This document shows positions 1 to 15,200 of a stretch of 64,000 nt of DNA, piece after piece; the first letter of the stretch is position 1; each line of letters starts with the position of its first letter. The notes below the pieces were generated by a model, which had not been told where the DNA came from, did no database searches, and was given only the letters and a program-made list of their open reading frames with translations. The position numbers were made by a program, and so were the translations under genes. The stretch is from Antedon mediterranea (lineage: Eukaryota; Animalia; Echinodermata), in NCBI RefSeq assembly GCF_964355755.1, contig NC_092679.1:12135432-12199431 (forward strand). The letters run 5' to 3'.

Positions 1-157
1 TTTACAAAAATGTATTTTGCATTTTTCCTAAACCTATTAAAAATACCTTATTTAGCTTCAGTCACTTGGGGTAGAAACCTTGCGTATTCAAAGGGTTAAT
101 GCACAATGCAGTGTATTCTGTAGTATTCCAAAATACTAAATGTAACTTTAGGCCTAC

Positions 158-283
158 CTGAGCATATTCCATTATCAATCTCAAAGCCATCTTCACAGGA
201 ACAAACAGGCTCACCATCTTCAACAACGTTACATAGCATATTGTCTCCTCCACAAGGGTCTGGAACATTTTCACAAGGGCGTT
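158..283 (-). CDS. Exon 11, EGF-like domain
   Basis: gaAG, RPCENVPDPCGGDNMLCNVVEDGEPVCSCEDGFEIDNGICS, GTAGGC; six cysteines with CxCxxGF, symmetric phase 1-1 exon. Confidence 0.85.
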
Positions 284-3200
284 CTTCAAATCAAACCAAT
301 ATTTATAAAGATAGAATTATTAAAATTTCATTTAGCATAATAAGCATTGTACAAATCATTATCTACTATAACACACCTGATTGTATCTTGCTATTTGATT
401 GGTTAACATTACGTGACATTCATTATTTGTACTAAGATGAACATTACTAATAAACATTCAACTTTTTATACATTTTTGGAAACACGCAAGGTTGTTGACT
501 GATTCCTGTTTGAAAATCAACCTTAAATGTGCGCTGGTACAGTTGAACCTCTGTGAGTGGCCACCTCCTTTACAGCCTCACTTTCAAAAGCCTATTTGTT
601 CTTCCCATCTAATTAGTGCATTTTGTACCTCCCGTAAGCGTTTCTCCTACCCTAAGCGGCCACTTTTTTAAAAAAATTATTCACATTTTTTTGTATGATA
701 AATTACCTCCCGTAAGTGGCCACCCAAAAAATTTACGATTTGCGATTTTACTAAAAATTTCTGTGAAGAACATTCCTGTGTTTTTTAGATGATGAGAAAA
801 CTAACTGACTATTTTTATGTGATAAAAGTATTTAAAATTTGTCTGAAAATCATAAATAATACTAAACCACCGGATTATAAACAATAAAATACAATTAGCT
901 GGAGAATTTAGAGGCCATTTCCATAGTCAATACATGATTTTGGCTCTCTATTGGCAGAACCTCCTGTAAACGGTCACCTCTCGTAAGCGGCCACTTTTCC
1001 CGGTCCTGAAGGTGGCCGCTTACGGGAGATTCAACTGTATAACTGTTGGAGCGCTGACTTTTGAATGCCTAGCTGTCATGCTCTACCTGCTTGTTCTATA
1101 CTTTTTCATCATACACTAAACTCCCCTACTCTCCTCCAGACTCTTTTCCAACATACTCTATATATACTCTTCCATCATACTCTATACACTTCCATCATAC
1201 TCTATACACTTACATCATGCTCTATACACTTCCAACATCCTCTATACACTTCCATCATACTCTATACACTTCCATCATACTCTATACACTTCCATCATGC
1301 TCTATACACTTCCATCATACTCTATACACTTACATCATGCTCTATACACTTCCAACATACTCTATACACTTCCATCATACTCTATACACTTACATCATGC
1401 TCTATACACTTCCAACATCCTCTATACACTTCCATCATACTCTATACACTTCCATCATGCTCTATACACTTCCATCATACTCTATACACTTACATCATGC
1501 TCTATACACTTCCATCATACTCTATACACTTCCATCATACTCTATACACTTACATCATGCTCTATACACTTCCATCATACTCTATACACTTACATCATGC
1601 TCTATACACTTCCATTATGCTCTATTCTCTTCCATCATACTCTATACACTTCCATCATGCTCTATACACTTCCATCATGCTCTATACTCTTCCATCATGC
1701 TCTATACTCTATGTAACTCTTCTATCATATGCCCTATAGACCATGTTTCACTATGCTTTATACTCATCTTTTATACTTATTCTCTTCTGTTTGCCCTAAA
1801 TGGTATATACAGTAATACTCTTAATATAAATGATGAACCTGTGTACCTTTAACATAAACATCACTTCTTTTTATCGTACAGTCAACCGCATGATTTGTTG
1901 AACACTTTTGTCCATTAGAGGTTGGTCGTGGTTGCAACTTTATGTAAAAATAAAAAAAGATATTATTTATTTTTTTTAAATTGCTCAATATTGTAAAATA
2001 ATCTAGCTATATATATATAAAAACACAAAAAATGTGTCCATAATGCATGCCGCCATCCGCAATCCGATCCGTTTAAAATGTGCACCTTGCTATGGAGATG
2101 GTCATGGGCTACAGTATATAAAAAGTTGGTAAACAAAAGATTTACTAAATTATGACTAAAAAAATTACCTCTGCACCAAAAGGCTATCAAATATGAAATT
2201 TCCAGAGGGAATCATTCAAGCTTATAAAAGCTGAAACTCTGCAGATGGCATCATTACCATTTTGAAAGGTCAGGTGATAGGTACAATTTTAAGTATAAAG
2301 GAAGCCACATGGACGATTATTTATTTACAGTAATAATAACTGTATATATATATATATACGGCCCAATATCCGTCATGACTTGTCTACGGATGTGGGTTCT
2401 GTTGAGTTGATTGAAAAAAAAATATTTACCTGAAAAAAATGTATTTTAAAGCAAAAATAGTCAAATTGGCTGCCAGCCAATAGGTTTTTGGTTGAATTTA
2501 GTGTAAATATTAAAATTTACAAATGGCATATTAAAAGTCTGATTTTATTCATCTTTATTTTTTATGCTTTTTAGGGAAAATACATCTAAGAATATTAATG
2601 GTGTAATTTTTACCTCAACATAGTAGAAAGCCTGTGGAATGTCAGTCCAAATAACTTGTACAAATGTTTCGTTTTTATCCTTCCAGCTACTGACCTCAAA
2701 CTGTAACAGGATGTTGAGATAATGATAAGTAAATAACTCAATTTTGAATAACTGTTGTAAAAAATCCATAAAATTTACAATTTGCCTACAAAATACCATA
2801 TTAATAAACATAACATTTGTAAACCTTAATTTGTTTTTTAACTTAATTTTAAAACCGATCATCTTCATCGGCCAGTTTACACAAGAGAGAGAGAATCTGA
2901 AAGTATGAACTTTTTTTTTTACTATTAAAAAACTAACCTCTGCGAAATACTAAGGTAGAGTGGATAGGTTAAGTAATTTTAACACTAAACGCATGAATGA
3001 ATGAATAATAATGAATAATTACTATATTTGTAAGTATAATTATTTTATTTGTTGAAATATTTTATGCTATTGAGGCTATGTTTCCTACCTGAAATTCCTC
3101 ATCTTTTAGACATTTTGTATAGTTAGTCATATCAAAGTTCTCCTAAAAAAGGAAATGCCATGTAAAATTAAAACCATATAAAGGAAATATTTTCTGGATC

Positions 3201-6200
3201 TGTGACTATATGTGATAAAAAAAATGTTGACTCAATATTATATCAATATTGTAGGTTTTCATGGTATTAAGCCCCATTACTGATGAATAAAAATCCTGCG
3301 AACTGTTTGACGATAATGGCAGCCTAAGCCATACATTCTTTTCTATATTTAATGTGGTACATTGTTATATAAAATACTGGCCATTTAATCTTTTTAAATA
3401 AGTTGAACTGGACGCTTGGTCCCATTTCTTGCGGTTACATAAAAATCTCACCATAAGAAATGATTCAAGAGACAACAAGACAAATACTTTCTTACCACGT
3501 ATATACTAAGACAGTACAGATGGCCTGAAATTGTTTCGTATACATAACCAACAAGTTCCTTCTCTGTAAGATATACTATGTACTTATCAAAATTGTATGG
3601 CGCAAGGTTGAAGACCAATTCAACTCGCTTATGCCCGCTAGGATCAACTTCATACTCAGATGGTGTCCACACACCAGGTAAATCTATATATTAAAACACA
3701 CAAGTCAATTACAAAATAAATGCGCGTATAAAACAAATTTGTTTTAAGTATGGACCCAGTACGATACTACAGTTAGGTACTGTATTGATTTTGTTTGTTT
3801 TTATAAACAAACAAAAAGGGTTCAAGTGAATTTAAAGCTCTTTTTATTTTTCTACACAAGTACTAACAATCAAATATGTATAATACAATATTCAATCTGA
3901 TATTTTATTTGTATACATTACCTTCTTCATGTGTGTCTTGACAATAAAAATCATTTCTCCTGTAGACGCAACCTTTTAAAAAACAATAACAAAGATTTTA
4001 ATCTTTGTTATAGTGAGTGATACAAGGAATCGTTTGATATCAGTATCATAAATCACAATAACAGTAACCCATGCTCCGCACAGTCTTTTTAATTGTGCAC
4101 TGTATTAAAAGTACTTTGACAAATTATCAAAATAAATAAAAAAATTGAAATTTTTTTGTATGGGAGATTTGTTAGCTACTTGCTACTTTTGTAATTAAAT
4201 TATGGTCTACCAGTAACCAGTGCTACTCACGGTTTGTCTGCCTTAATAATAATTTGCATGGCATGATTAAGTATATGTGGCACATGCAAGGGGAAGCAGA
4301 TATAAGTCGGAATTTTCAAAATTGAGATTTTTACAATACTAAAACTACATAATCCAAGATTTAAAATGCTGAAAAAAATATCTTGATACCATGTCTACTT
4401 GCAGAGATATCTCAGTCTAAAATTTGGGCTATTACAATCAGTGTTTTGAGAAAAATGCTTTTAAAGTTTAAAGATGTATTGTCGACCCTTTGTCAAATTC
4501 CAAAAAAATAAAAATTAGAAGATTTAAAAAAAAAGTGGGTCACTTTGAAGTATCATAATAGTTATTAACTTTCTCCAAAAATTAGTCGAAAAAAAAAATT
4601 ATTTAACTGAAATATAGACGTTTTTCAGTTTAAAAAAAAACTGTGACTTCCAGTCAAAGTTTTCGATCAAAACATATCTCATAATGCAACGCGCTTGTTT
4701 GGCTACTCTGTATGCATAATCATAAAACTTCCTCGCGATCTGTGTGAAAACACCTTCTTAACCATGACGAGTTATAAACAATCCTAATTAGGATCATGCA
4801 TAATGCATACTCTTGGTTTGAAATCTTTGTTTACTTTCGCTCGTGACAATTTTCCAGACGAAATGTAATCAAACTAATTTACCTGTTAATTACGTAAAAT
4901 TGTTGTTTTTGGCACGAATTTTCGACTTAAAGTGAATAACTTTATATTACTTTGATATGGCCAATTTAAATTTAGAATATTTTGACTTTCATTTTTTTGT
5001 GTTTCAAGGGACAATACATCTTTAAGTATACAGGAAATGACAAATACAAACAAATAAACAGGCCGTTTCAGTTTTACGCCTTAGCAAAATGGTATTCTAA
5101 TTGTTTTATTTCAATGAAACTTTGCACCTTCGAAAATTAATTATTGTTCTATTGTAATTGTAGTTTTTGCGTCAGGGAGTTTAGTAATTAGATGTTTTGC
5201 CCTACTCTGACGTAATTTGTACTGTATACTAAGTACATTTGAGAATACTTGCGAAAAAATTCGCAAGTAGTTCTCAGGTGGGACTCAAACCCACGACCTC
5301 CAGATCACTAGCCTGGCGTTCATACCTCTAGACCACCGAGCTTGCGCTGATGGCTAGTGGTTAGATTCGAGCCCAAGCTCGGTGGTCTAGAGGTATAAAG
5401 TACAAATTACGTCATCTAATTATTTATTGTTCTATTATTATGCAAAATTTTCATTAAAATCAACCCACTGGAACACTTTCAATTTAAGCATAAAACATGA
5501 TAGGTTTTATAAAAATCATACATAATTTGACACCATCTTTTTAACCAACATACCACACAAAATATTAAAGTTTACTTATTTATTTGTCTACAAATGCGAC
5601 TTATGCCCGATTTCCCTTGCATGTGCCACATATGCACACTCTTCCTGACCCTTGACAAATTATTTATTTTTTTAAACAAAAAAATTGTCAAGAATACAAT
5701 TCGGAACTATTTACGGCTATTGATTTTTTTAAACATGGAGTAATTGCTTTGAAATATCTGTAAGCTACAAAATGAAAGCAATACTGGATATGGGACTTTG
5801 TGCTGTGTGAATATTAATTAGGGTGCGCCTCAGAAAGTGACAACGTGCATGTCCCTCATATGCACGTTGAAGTCTGTCCATCAGTCGGCAGATTAAAACA
5901 TTTTAATGATAAAATATGAATTGGTATATTTATAATATTATAATAATAATGCTTACGGAATCTGAAATCAACACAAAAAGTAGTCGAAATTACATGATGC
6001 ACTCGGAGACAAACTTTTACATTTTGGGTGTATTTTTTGTTGATATTTAGCGGATATTTTGATTTGTTTTATTTTTGTGTGTTTTTTTGTTCATTTACAT
6101 TTTTTTTATTTCATGGTTTTTTTATATTTTGCAATTTTTTTTTTGTGAGGTTTCGTATCGTATCTTCGACTAATAGTTTTTGGCGGCCCAGCATGGTATT

Positions 6201-9200
6201 TGTAGATCCGGCCATGGCAGTACACAACAGAAGAGGTTTCGTAGTTTATAGTGACGTAACATGGTCGCTGAGATGTCAAATTACTGCTATTTTTGTGATT
6301 TTTTTTGTGTTTATCCTTAGAATTCAGGAAAGTGACATAGCCTCTCGTGTGCGGCCCATCAATAAACATCAGTGTGCCAGAGGCACATAACGATCAGTGG
6401 TTTTGGAGGAGATATGTAAAAACACGAAAAATTTAGTAGCATTAATATATAGATTATTCCTTGTCTGTGAACATTGCACTTCGTTAAAAATGTAATGTAC
6501 TTTAACATGCTACCTATTTTGATCACAACATCATACTTACTTGGTGTCCAATAATACTTAAATGTTGGTTCTGATTCAACAGTATATGGCAATGTTTTAA
6601 TACTGATCAAGTACTGCATGTTACCTGGTACCAAAATTGCTGTGCAATCAAAGAATATCCGTTTCTATAAAAAGATTGTACAGCTCAGTGAATTATAAGC
6701 AAATTATCTGTGACAATGAAATGCCTAAAGTGCTAGATTATGAGTGGAATTAATTGAAAGAAGCGTAATATTCTAATTTATAAAGTTCTGTGAATTCGGA
6801 AGTAAATTTTTATCTCCTCTACGAAACACCTCTGCACTACTTTTCACACTCAACAGTCACAATTTCAACTAGATAGTCACTCTTGTACATATATATATAT
6901 ATTTGTGTGTGTCTTAATGCTGTGGGTGATTTAGGCTAATTTCACTACAAGCATGTGTTTGTGAGTTTGGTAGCCAGCCTTTCAACTAAAAATAGTTTCA
7001 GTTGACTTACAATAGTAAGATTGTAAATCTGTATTTTGTAATACAAAAACAAACAGGTGAATTTGAAAAGAAATAGGTTTTTTAAAGCTACTCGTATCAA
7101 AACTTCTGTACATTTACTTGTTACTTTAAAGGCCAGGTGCGGGCAAAAAATTTCTAGTGATCATACATTCCAATAATTATCGATCTATAGTTTCCCCTAT
7201 GTTTCATAATTTTTTGGATTTTATTTGTGTTACACAAGCTTGTTGAAAATAAGCACTTTCTTATCAGTGGGGGGATAGTTCAAATTACACAGTAAAATCT
7301 CTATTCTTTTGTACACACATTTTGTAAATAGAGAGGCATTTTATAAAGCTATGAAAAATAAACGGTGTGGTAAAAAATGTTATCAGATGACTAAATATAG
7401 GTAATATAACTTGAATATTACATTTCTGATATTTTTATTCAACTTCAGCTTTTTATTTTCATGCTATAGCAAAAATTATCCACCGTATATCCATCATCTT
7501 TTTTCACCGTCTGGGGAGTCAACAGACATGTTTCAGTGGCGGATCTAGCGGGGGGCGTGTGGGGCGTACGCCCCCCCTATTTTTTAAAGATTTTTTTTTT
7601 TTTTTTTTAAATTAAATAGATTTTAAAAACACGTATCGTTTCGACGGTCATTTTCATAGTGAAAATAGTACGTCGGAGCACATCGTCAGCTTGATCGCAT
7701 TTCACCAAGCATGTACGTCGACATCCTTTGTGTACTATCAATCTCTAGCGTTACCAACGATCATTCACAGTTAAGTGTAAAACTAAAAGGAGCAAGTTGA
7801 TAAAAGCCACGTGGTGAGCTTGGTCGTGTTTTACTAAGCAGGTCGGCATCCTTTGTGATCGTCACTCCCGTTGTAGAGTAGCGGTACGTACCTCCGACGA
7901 TCAATAGAGTTTATGAAGTCACATGGTCAGTGCTACACTACGCGCCCATTTATTAAATACAATAAAAACAAAGGCTAGGACTGTAGTGCCTATGAAAATT
8001 ATCCCGTTAGGCCTATATTTTATTAAAACATATTACTATTAAAATATTAACAATGCTGCATGCAGCATTTCATGACCGGGCCTTGTAGTGTTTTATTTGC
8101 TTTTCCGTCGATGAGTCTCATAAACAAATCGCGATGACAAAAGGGGTGTTTTGTTTTTTTCAAATCACTAAATATAATGTAATGATGATCGAGCCGGACC
8201 GCTAATTTTTAAACGATCGTTTAAACCAGGTCGTTGAATATGCCGTGATTTTAATTGTCAAAAACATGATCGTCAGTCGATGGCTCGGAGTTTCGATAAA
8301 TCTCGCGTCGCATGTGTTGCGTGGTGGTGGAAAACACTCTCAGCAAGTTTGCTTCATTAATATGCATGAGACTCTGTGACGACCCGCTTTAACGTGACGT
8401 CATTTTACTTTAGCTGCATGGATGATGGATGCGAAGAAGTAGACGTCACCGCGATCGACCCGGCCAGCGTGTAAGAAAATAATACCGGCCTAGGCTAGGA
8501 CAAGTTTATGCTTATATAAAAGCTGAAAAACATCGTCGCGTTGTAAAAATTTAGATGTAAAGTACAGGCAAGTTGTTAGCTTGCTTTGGTACCCTAGGTA
8601 AGTATCAGCTGCATGTTTCACATGTCGTAATTTGCGAGCTTTAGAGTGTTTGGTAAATGACATTATGAATTGTTTGTAAATCGTTTTAAACGACTTACAA
8701 TGCGCTAGAACGCCAAAATTTCCAGGGGCCTTCGCCCCCCCGACCCCGACCGGGGGCCCTTGGCGGCCCCCTGGCCCCCAGCCAGTGTTTGCTCGCTTCG
8801 CTCGCAAACCTACGCCCCCCCTATTTCAAAATCCTGGATCCGCCCCTGTGTTATTACATTAGGTTAACTACCTAGCTACTGAAAAAAAGTCTTTCTGGTT
8901 TTTATGGAAGAATTTTGCCAAATTTTGTATTTGACCATATTAAGGGAAATTCATGTTTTTTCGTCTCGATTTCTGTTACAAATATTTGATTTATGTACAA
9001 TTAACCAAATATTATATTTAAAATTCATGCCTGTACCTTAGCTTTAAGACTGCTCGCCGGCTTTTGAAAATTCTGTCCTATCTTTTAACACTATCATGTC
9101 TGAAAACAATACTAAAAAGTGGTCCAGAATTGGGACCGTGGTCCGAATTGCCTCCAAAATTTAATGAAGTGACCAAATATCTATCTGTATTTTTATTTTG

Positions 9201-12200
9201 TTAAAGATCTTGCAAGGTAACCTTTTGAGTAATCCTGCTAACAAACAGACAGACAAACAGACACACAGGATCGATTACATATACTGTACCTCCTTGGCGG
9301 AGGTATAGAAAGCCTTGACCCAGGCAGGTAAACATGGAATCGCAGAGGTCTGAAAACAGACGTCGGGTTGAATATAATAACCATTTTAAAAGATGTATAG
9401 ATATGAGAGCCGAATTGGTATATCAAGGAGATCCACCTGTGATGTGTATCAACACCGTATAATGGAAGATTCTCGATGTTATGCATTGACATATAGCCAG
9501 TGATTTGTTTAATCTTCCAAAAAGACTGTAACTTCCAAGAACCTAGAGGTCTATAATCTATAATAATCCAAAAATGTTCTTATCTCAACCCCAACCACTG
9601 TGGGTCTAAGGTAGCAAGTCTTTAATACATTTAATTTGACATTCAGACCCATGCTATTCAAACCTGCTGAAAAGTTACTGGTACCGAGATATTTAATGCA
9701 ATTACACGGAAACTAGGGGTTCAAATTCTGAAAACTCAGGCGAATGTATGAATCGAGTTATTAGTAGAGTAATAGTGTAGGCTGGTATGTCGTTTATATG
9801 AATGTCGTGTATATTTTTTGTTAAAAGCAAACTTTGACTTTATTTCATATCTTGATAATATAAGGAATGAAAAAAAATATGTTGCCATTTTTTCAAAAGA
9901 CCTTTAAAGGACCAAATTCAAGATGGCCGCCAACATTCAAATAACCCTATTAAAAATCAGAATATCACCAATAATACAAATTATGAATGTGGAACAAGTC
10001 CGTTTTGATGGTATTACTGTACCCATTATACAATCCTAACTATGTAAAGCGATAATCTGTCGGCCATCTTGGATTTCAAAATGGCCGCCACTAAAAATTA
10101 AATTCTTTAAATAATATTTTTTAAATGTGTGCATAAATTGTTGTTTGTACACAATGTTCTAAAATTGTTGTCACTTCTCACAGGATTGTAAACTGTAAAT
10201 ATAAGGCTAAAGTTGTCAATGTCCTGTATAACAGATATATAATACCCCACTATGACTATTAAATTAAATAATCGTTCAAAGTTGAAGTTGCAAAAGTATG
10301 GAACAAATTAACAATTTATATCAAATATATTCAACATCAATTACGTCTAACTAGAGAGTTAGACCTCTAGTTCGCTCGCTCCCCTCTAGGAAGTGTAAAC
10401 GAAGGTTCTCGGAAGGATAATGACTCGGGTAAAAATGTTTTAGGAGGACGTTCTCCTTGTACGTTTTCTGTCGGTTACCATTATTGAAAATGCTTGACAT
10501 TCAAAAAACTAAACCTACTCTGTTTCACAGTGTCTTAGATGATTAATAACATTTTAAAGTATAGTGTTTATTGTTTAATAGGGCGGAGGTGGGGAGGCAG
10601 AGTTCATTTGAGGGAGAAGCTTATTCGAGGAATTTTTTAGTTTTAATAATATCGTAACATTTATAATCAAATAAAATCCTCTAATAGATATGAAAAGTGG
10701 TAAAAAATTATAACAAATGCTTGGTAAATTATAGTTAACAGTGTAATGAATTCTATTATAAATAGTATATACAATATTGTGTGTATAATTAATGTAGATG
10801 GGCGTTTATTAGATAGTTGGGTAGGTGGGGGGGGGGGGGTGTAGGCGATTATTATTCAAAGTGATGTTTTATTGGGAGGCGTTTATTCAAATAAATACCA
10901 TCATAATACATTATTTCATTTAAACATCTTTTAAAACTAACTTCCGCGACAGTGTAGGCCGTTTCGGCCCAAGAAGGAAGATGTTTTTAGACTGCTTGCA
11001 ATATGGGCCCTAATGGGACACAGATAGCCTACAGTTATTCCTGCCAGCTTACTCAATAAAACTCGGCTATCGGGATTTTATTTTTTAACTACTGTACCTT
11101 CACACGCGCGGTCCAATCCGAAAATAAACAAAAAACTAAAATAGCTATAGCCACTAACGACCAACTTAACTGAAACCAGGTAGTTGCAAGGTGAACCTGT
11201 GAACTCATCGTGAACCTGGAAATTACTTTGACCGCGTACAATTGAAATTGAGTTGAAAATCTACCGATGAATCAGAAATTTTGTTTAAAAACTCTTTATA
11301 ATATATTCCTAAGATAGAAATATGGAACAATATCGTAATGGTGAAAACTGTTTTACATTTCGCGGTACACCTGAGATAATTCAGGTAGGTATCCAAGGCA
11401 GAAATTTGTTCCAAAGTTTTTCCATTGTGCTCGCCTATGTCAGAATTAACCATAATTTATATATAGATTCTAAATTACAGATCTCAATTCTTTTCATGAA
11501 CCTGAAACTTGACAGGAGACAGGACCACAATATACAACAAGTGCATTTATAACTTATTGTGAAATCCTGTATAAATATGTTAAATAATAAATGCGTTATT
11601 GCTATGTAATTCAATGTCTGAACCTTCAGGGCCATAGTCACCAGTATGGTTGGTAAGTTTTCAACCTGTCAACTTTTGGCAGAAGCTTGAAGGAAATACA
11701 GATACACCTCTGCCTATAAATAACCTTGTAAATGAATGAACTCCTACTTCTCATCTTCTACAATCTCAACCAATTTCATTAGATATGTACCCCTTACAGA
11801 CAGACCAGCATTATACACTGGGTTGATGAGTGCACATGGTTGTGGTATAAAAACTCATGTACTAGGGAAAGACAAGAATGCCTGGTGATGACTCTTGCCC
11901 AAGATGAGTGGAGGTGGACAGAGATGACATCAAAAAGCAATTAGTATGTCGACCCGGTGAACTATATGGCTTTTGGACATGTAGCATTGTGAGAATAGTG
12001 TTGAGGCAGGTGCTTTTGTTGAAACTGAACTTGTATTACCTATAAAACCAGTGACACAAATCGGGACACAAATATCTTAAATGGAAAACATCTGTAAAGG
12101 ACAAAACCACACTAATTCTGCTTTCTCTCTACAACTTGCTTCTACAAATGCAGACGGAGAAAGAGATTCTAAGTTAAGTATGTATATGAGAGGACATGTA

Positions 12201-15200
12201 TGTGTGGGACTTGCTGGATTTACACCAATTGATCAGGGTCATTGAGCATGGTATCATTGGAATAACACAAATTAATGATTTCATCAGAGCTGGCAAATCT
12301 AGTTAACATTTAAAGAGAGATGATATCCCGGTTAATGAAGAATGCTGCAATTCGCACAAAGGTGTTTGTTGGCCATGGCATGATGAAATTGGACAGAAAA
12401 TGTTTGAGGCATTGGTAAAAGTCTTGTAGAAGGCAAACTGTCTATATGGGATCCTAAGAAAAAGACGAATATTGGCAAAAAAATATATATGACGGTGAAT
12501 ACAGGTGACAAACTTATCAAAGTAAAAGAAGACTCCTATAGAGATTATTTGCCGGTGAAATGAGGTCTTTCAGTTATTTTGCCAATTTGTTTCTGAACAA
12601 GGTTGTTGGGAACGGAGATCAGTCTGTGGAAGTTTGATGGATACAGTAGTAGAGAACGAAGGAAGGTCAACTTACTGTATCGCATTCAAGATTAGAAATA
12701 TTTCATTGAAGGACTTTGGCGGAGTTAGTTGTCATTTAACTGAAGAAGTTTATGAGATGTTTTAATATGAAGAAGTATACAGTCAGTACTATAGACCTCC
12801 TGATGGTCAACATTTTGTGTTAATCACCATGTTGTTGTCATAAGCATATCATTTTGTATATTTCAATCTAATTTTATTTAACAAGTTTTAATAAGAAATT
12901 TAACCCATTTAAAAAAAAAATGTTGTTTTATTTGATTTTATGTGATTTCAATCAACGTCATAACTTGCACATGTTTTAATAAGAAATTTAATCCATTTTT
13001 AAAAAATGGCGGCCATTTTGAAATTCAAAATGTCAAAATACTAATGAATATAGGTTTATAATAATTCTTATATAGCAGAGAACCCATATGAACTTAAAAT
13101 ATTATTCATAATGGGTGTTACTTTGTCCAATATGGTACATTTATTGGATATTTTACGTATTGGCGGCCATCTTGGATTTGACACCCTTAAGCTTTTTTAA
13201 AAAAATGGCAACATATTTTTTTCATTACTTTACATCCTAAAGACACTAAATCAGCTGGAATTTTGCTTTTAACAAAAAAATGACACGAAATTACATAGTG
13301 GCCTACACTATAAAGTCAAATTATTGCAATGAAAAAGAACAAACTTTTTTCAGGATGTTGTTCAAAAAGACATTTATTTATATAGAGTGAATCTATATGT
13401 AAACTTACTATGTAAAAGAATACTTACAATTATACCATTTTCAGTTACAAGGTCATTTTCAGTTATGACATCACCATTAAAGTTTAAGTAATGACATTTC
13501 AGCTCAGTTACTCCTAGTTCTGTTATCTCTATTATTGCCCCAGTGTATATTTCAGAACCTGAAATAAAAATACATCATTACAAAGTCAGTCAACAGTCTG
13601 TATCTGTACAATTCTTTACTCAGTAAAAGCATCAAAGTATTTTGATATTGTACTAGATCACTGTAATATACCACATCAGTGTATTACTGCCATTTAATTG
13701 GTGGTTAGGCAATGTACAATGTGCCATTCAATATTATGCTGGTAAATTTTATCAAGCACAGATTTAGGCGAGACTAAACAGGCTTTAGTTCCCCCTAAAA
13801 TTTAACAGCCATGTCTTTAACCTCTTTATGTTATAAAATAATTACTATCTTAAACAATTTTCTGTAACCCAGTGGGTGTGAAGTTGCACATTAATACATG
13901 TAAATAATATGAATGTTGTGTGATCAAGCACAACCACATGAATAATATGAACATTGTGTGATCAACCACAACCACTTGAATAAGATGAACGTTGTGTGAT
14001 CAACCACAACCACATGAATAATATGAACGTTTTGTGATCAACCACAACCACTTGAATAATATGAACGTTGTGTGATCAACCACAACCATTTGAATAATAT
14101 GAACGTTGTGTGATCAACCACAACCACTTGAATAATATGAGCATTGTGTGATCAACCACAACCACATGATGAACGTTGTGTGATCAACCACAACCACTTG
14201 AATAATATGAACGTTGTGTGATCAACCACAACCACATGAATAATATGAACATTGTGTGATCAACCACAACCACATGAATAATATGAACGTTGTGTGATCA
14301 ACCACAACCACATGAATAATATGAACGTTTTGTGATCAACCACAACCACTTGAATAATATGAACGTTATGTGATCAACCACAACCATTTGAATAATATGA
14401 ACGTTGTGTGATCAATCACAACCACATGAATAATATGAACGTGTTATGATCAACCACTTGAATAATATGAACGTTGTGTGATCAACCACAACCACATGAA
14501 TAATATGAACGTTGTGTGATCAACCACAACCACTTGAATAATATGAACGTTGTGTAATCAACCACAACCACATGAATAATATGAACGTTGTGTGATCAAC
14601 CACAACCACATGAATAATATGAACATTGTGTGATCAACCACAACCACTTGAATAATATGAACGTTGTGTGATCAACCACAACCACATGAATAGTATGAAC
14701 GTTGTGTGATCAACAACAACCACTTGAATAATATGAACGTTGTGTGATCAACCACAACCACATGAATAGTATGAACGTTTTGTGATCAACCACAACCACT
14801 TGAATAATATGAACGTTGTGTGATCAACCACAACCACATGAATAGTATGAACGTTGTGTGATCAACCACAACCACATGAATAGTATGAAAGTTGTATGAT
14901 TAACCACAACCACATGAATAGTATGAACGTTGTGTGATCAACCACAACCACTTGAATAATATGAACGTTGTGTGATCAACCACACAACATGAATAATATG
15001 AACGTTGTGTTATCAACATGGAGTAGCCGTAAACGTTTGGATTATAAAAAGTTAGACAACATAATTTTTTTTGGGGCCTCTAAATACTGGATCAGCCCCT
15101 GTATTTCTTTTTATAAAACAATGAAAATAACTCAAATTTTTCGTAGTTTTATTCATGTTATGTATCTTCATCATTACACGGTGTGACATATTCCACAATG

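Larger units (their letters stand above)
4273..5633. mobile_element. Non-autonomous TIR DNA element containing two nested insertions
   Basis: TIR ATATGTGGCACATGCAAGGG..CCCTTGCATGTGCCACATAT. Confidence 0.75.

Noticed and set aside
1065-1852. Long His/Tyr/Thr-rich ORFs in three frames
   Set aside because: Artefacts of a stop-free 20-bp minisatellite in an intron.
2169-2287. Possible minus-strand exon ending in GTAATT
   Set aside because: No usable AG acceptor and stops in all frames; exon 1847-1937 supplies the required phase 0 to 1 link.
6028-6390. ORFs 6028-6390 (+) and 6106-6369 (-)
   Set aside because: Low-complexity T/A-rich intronic sequence with no splice or domain support.
13899-15016. 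CRISPR-like array
   Set aside because: Head-to-tail repeats without unique spacers in a eukaryotic intron.
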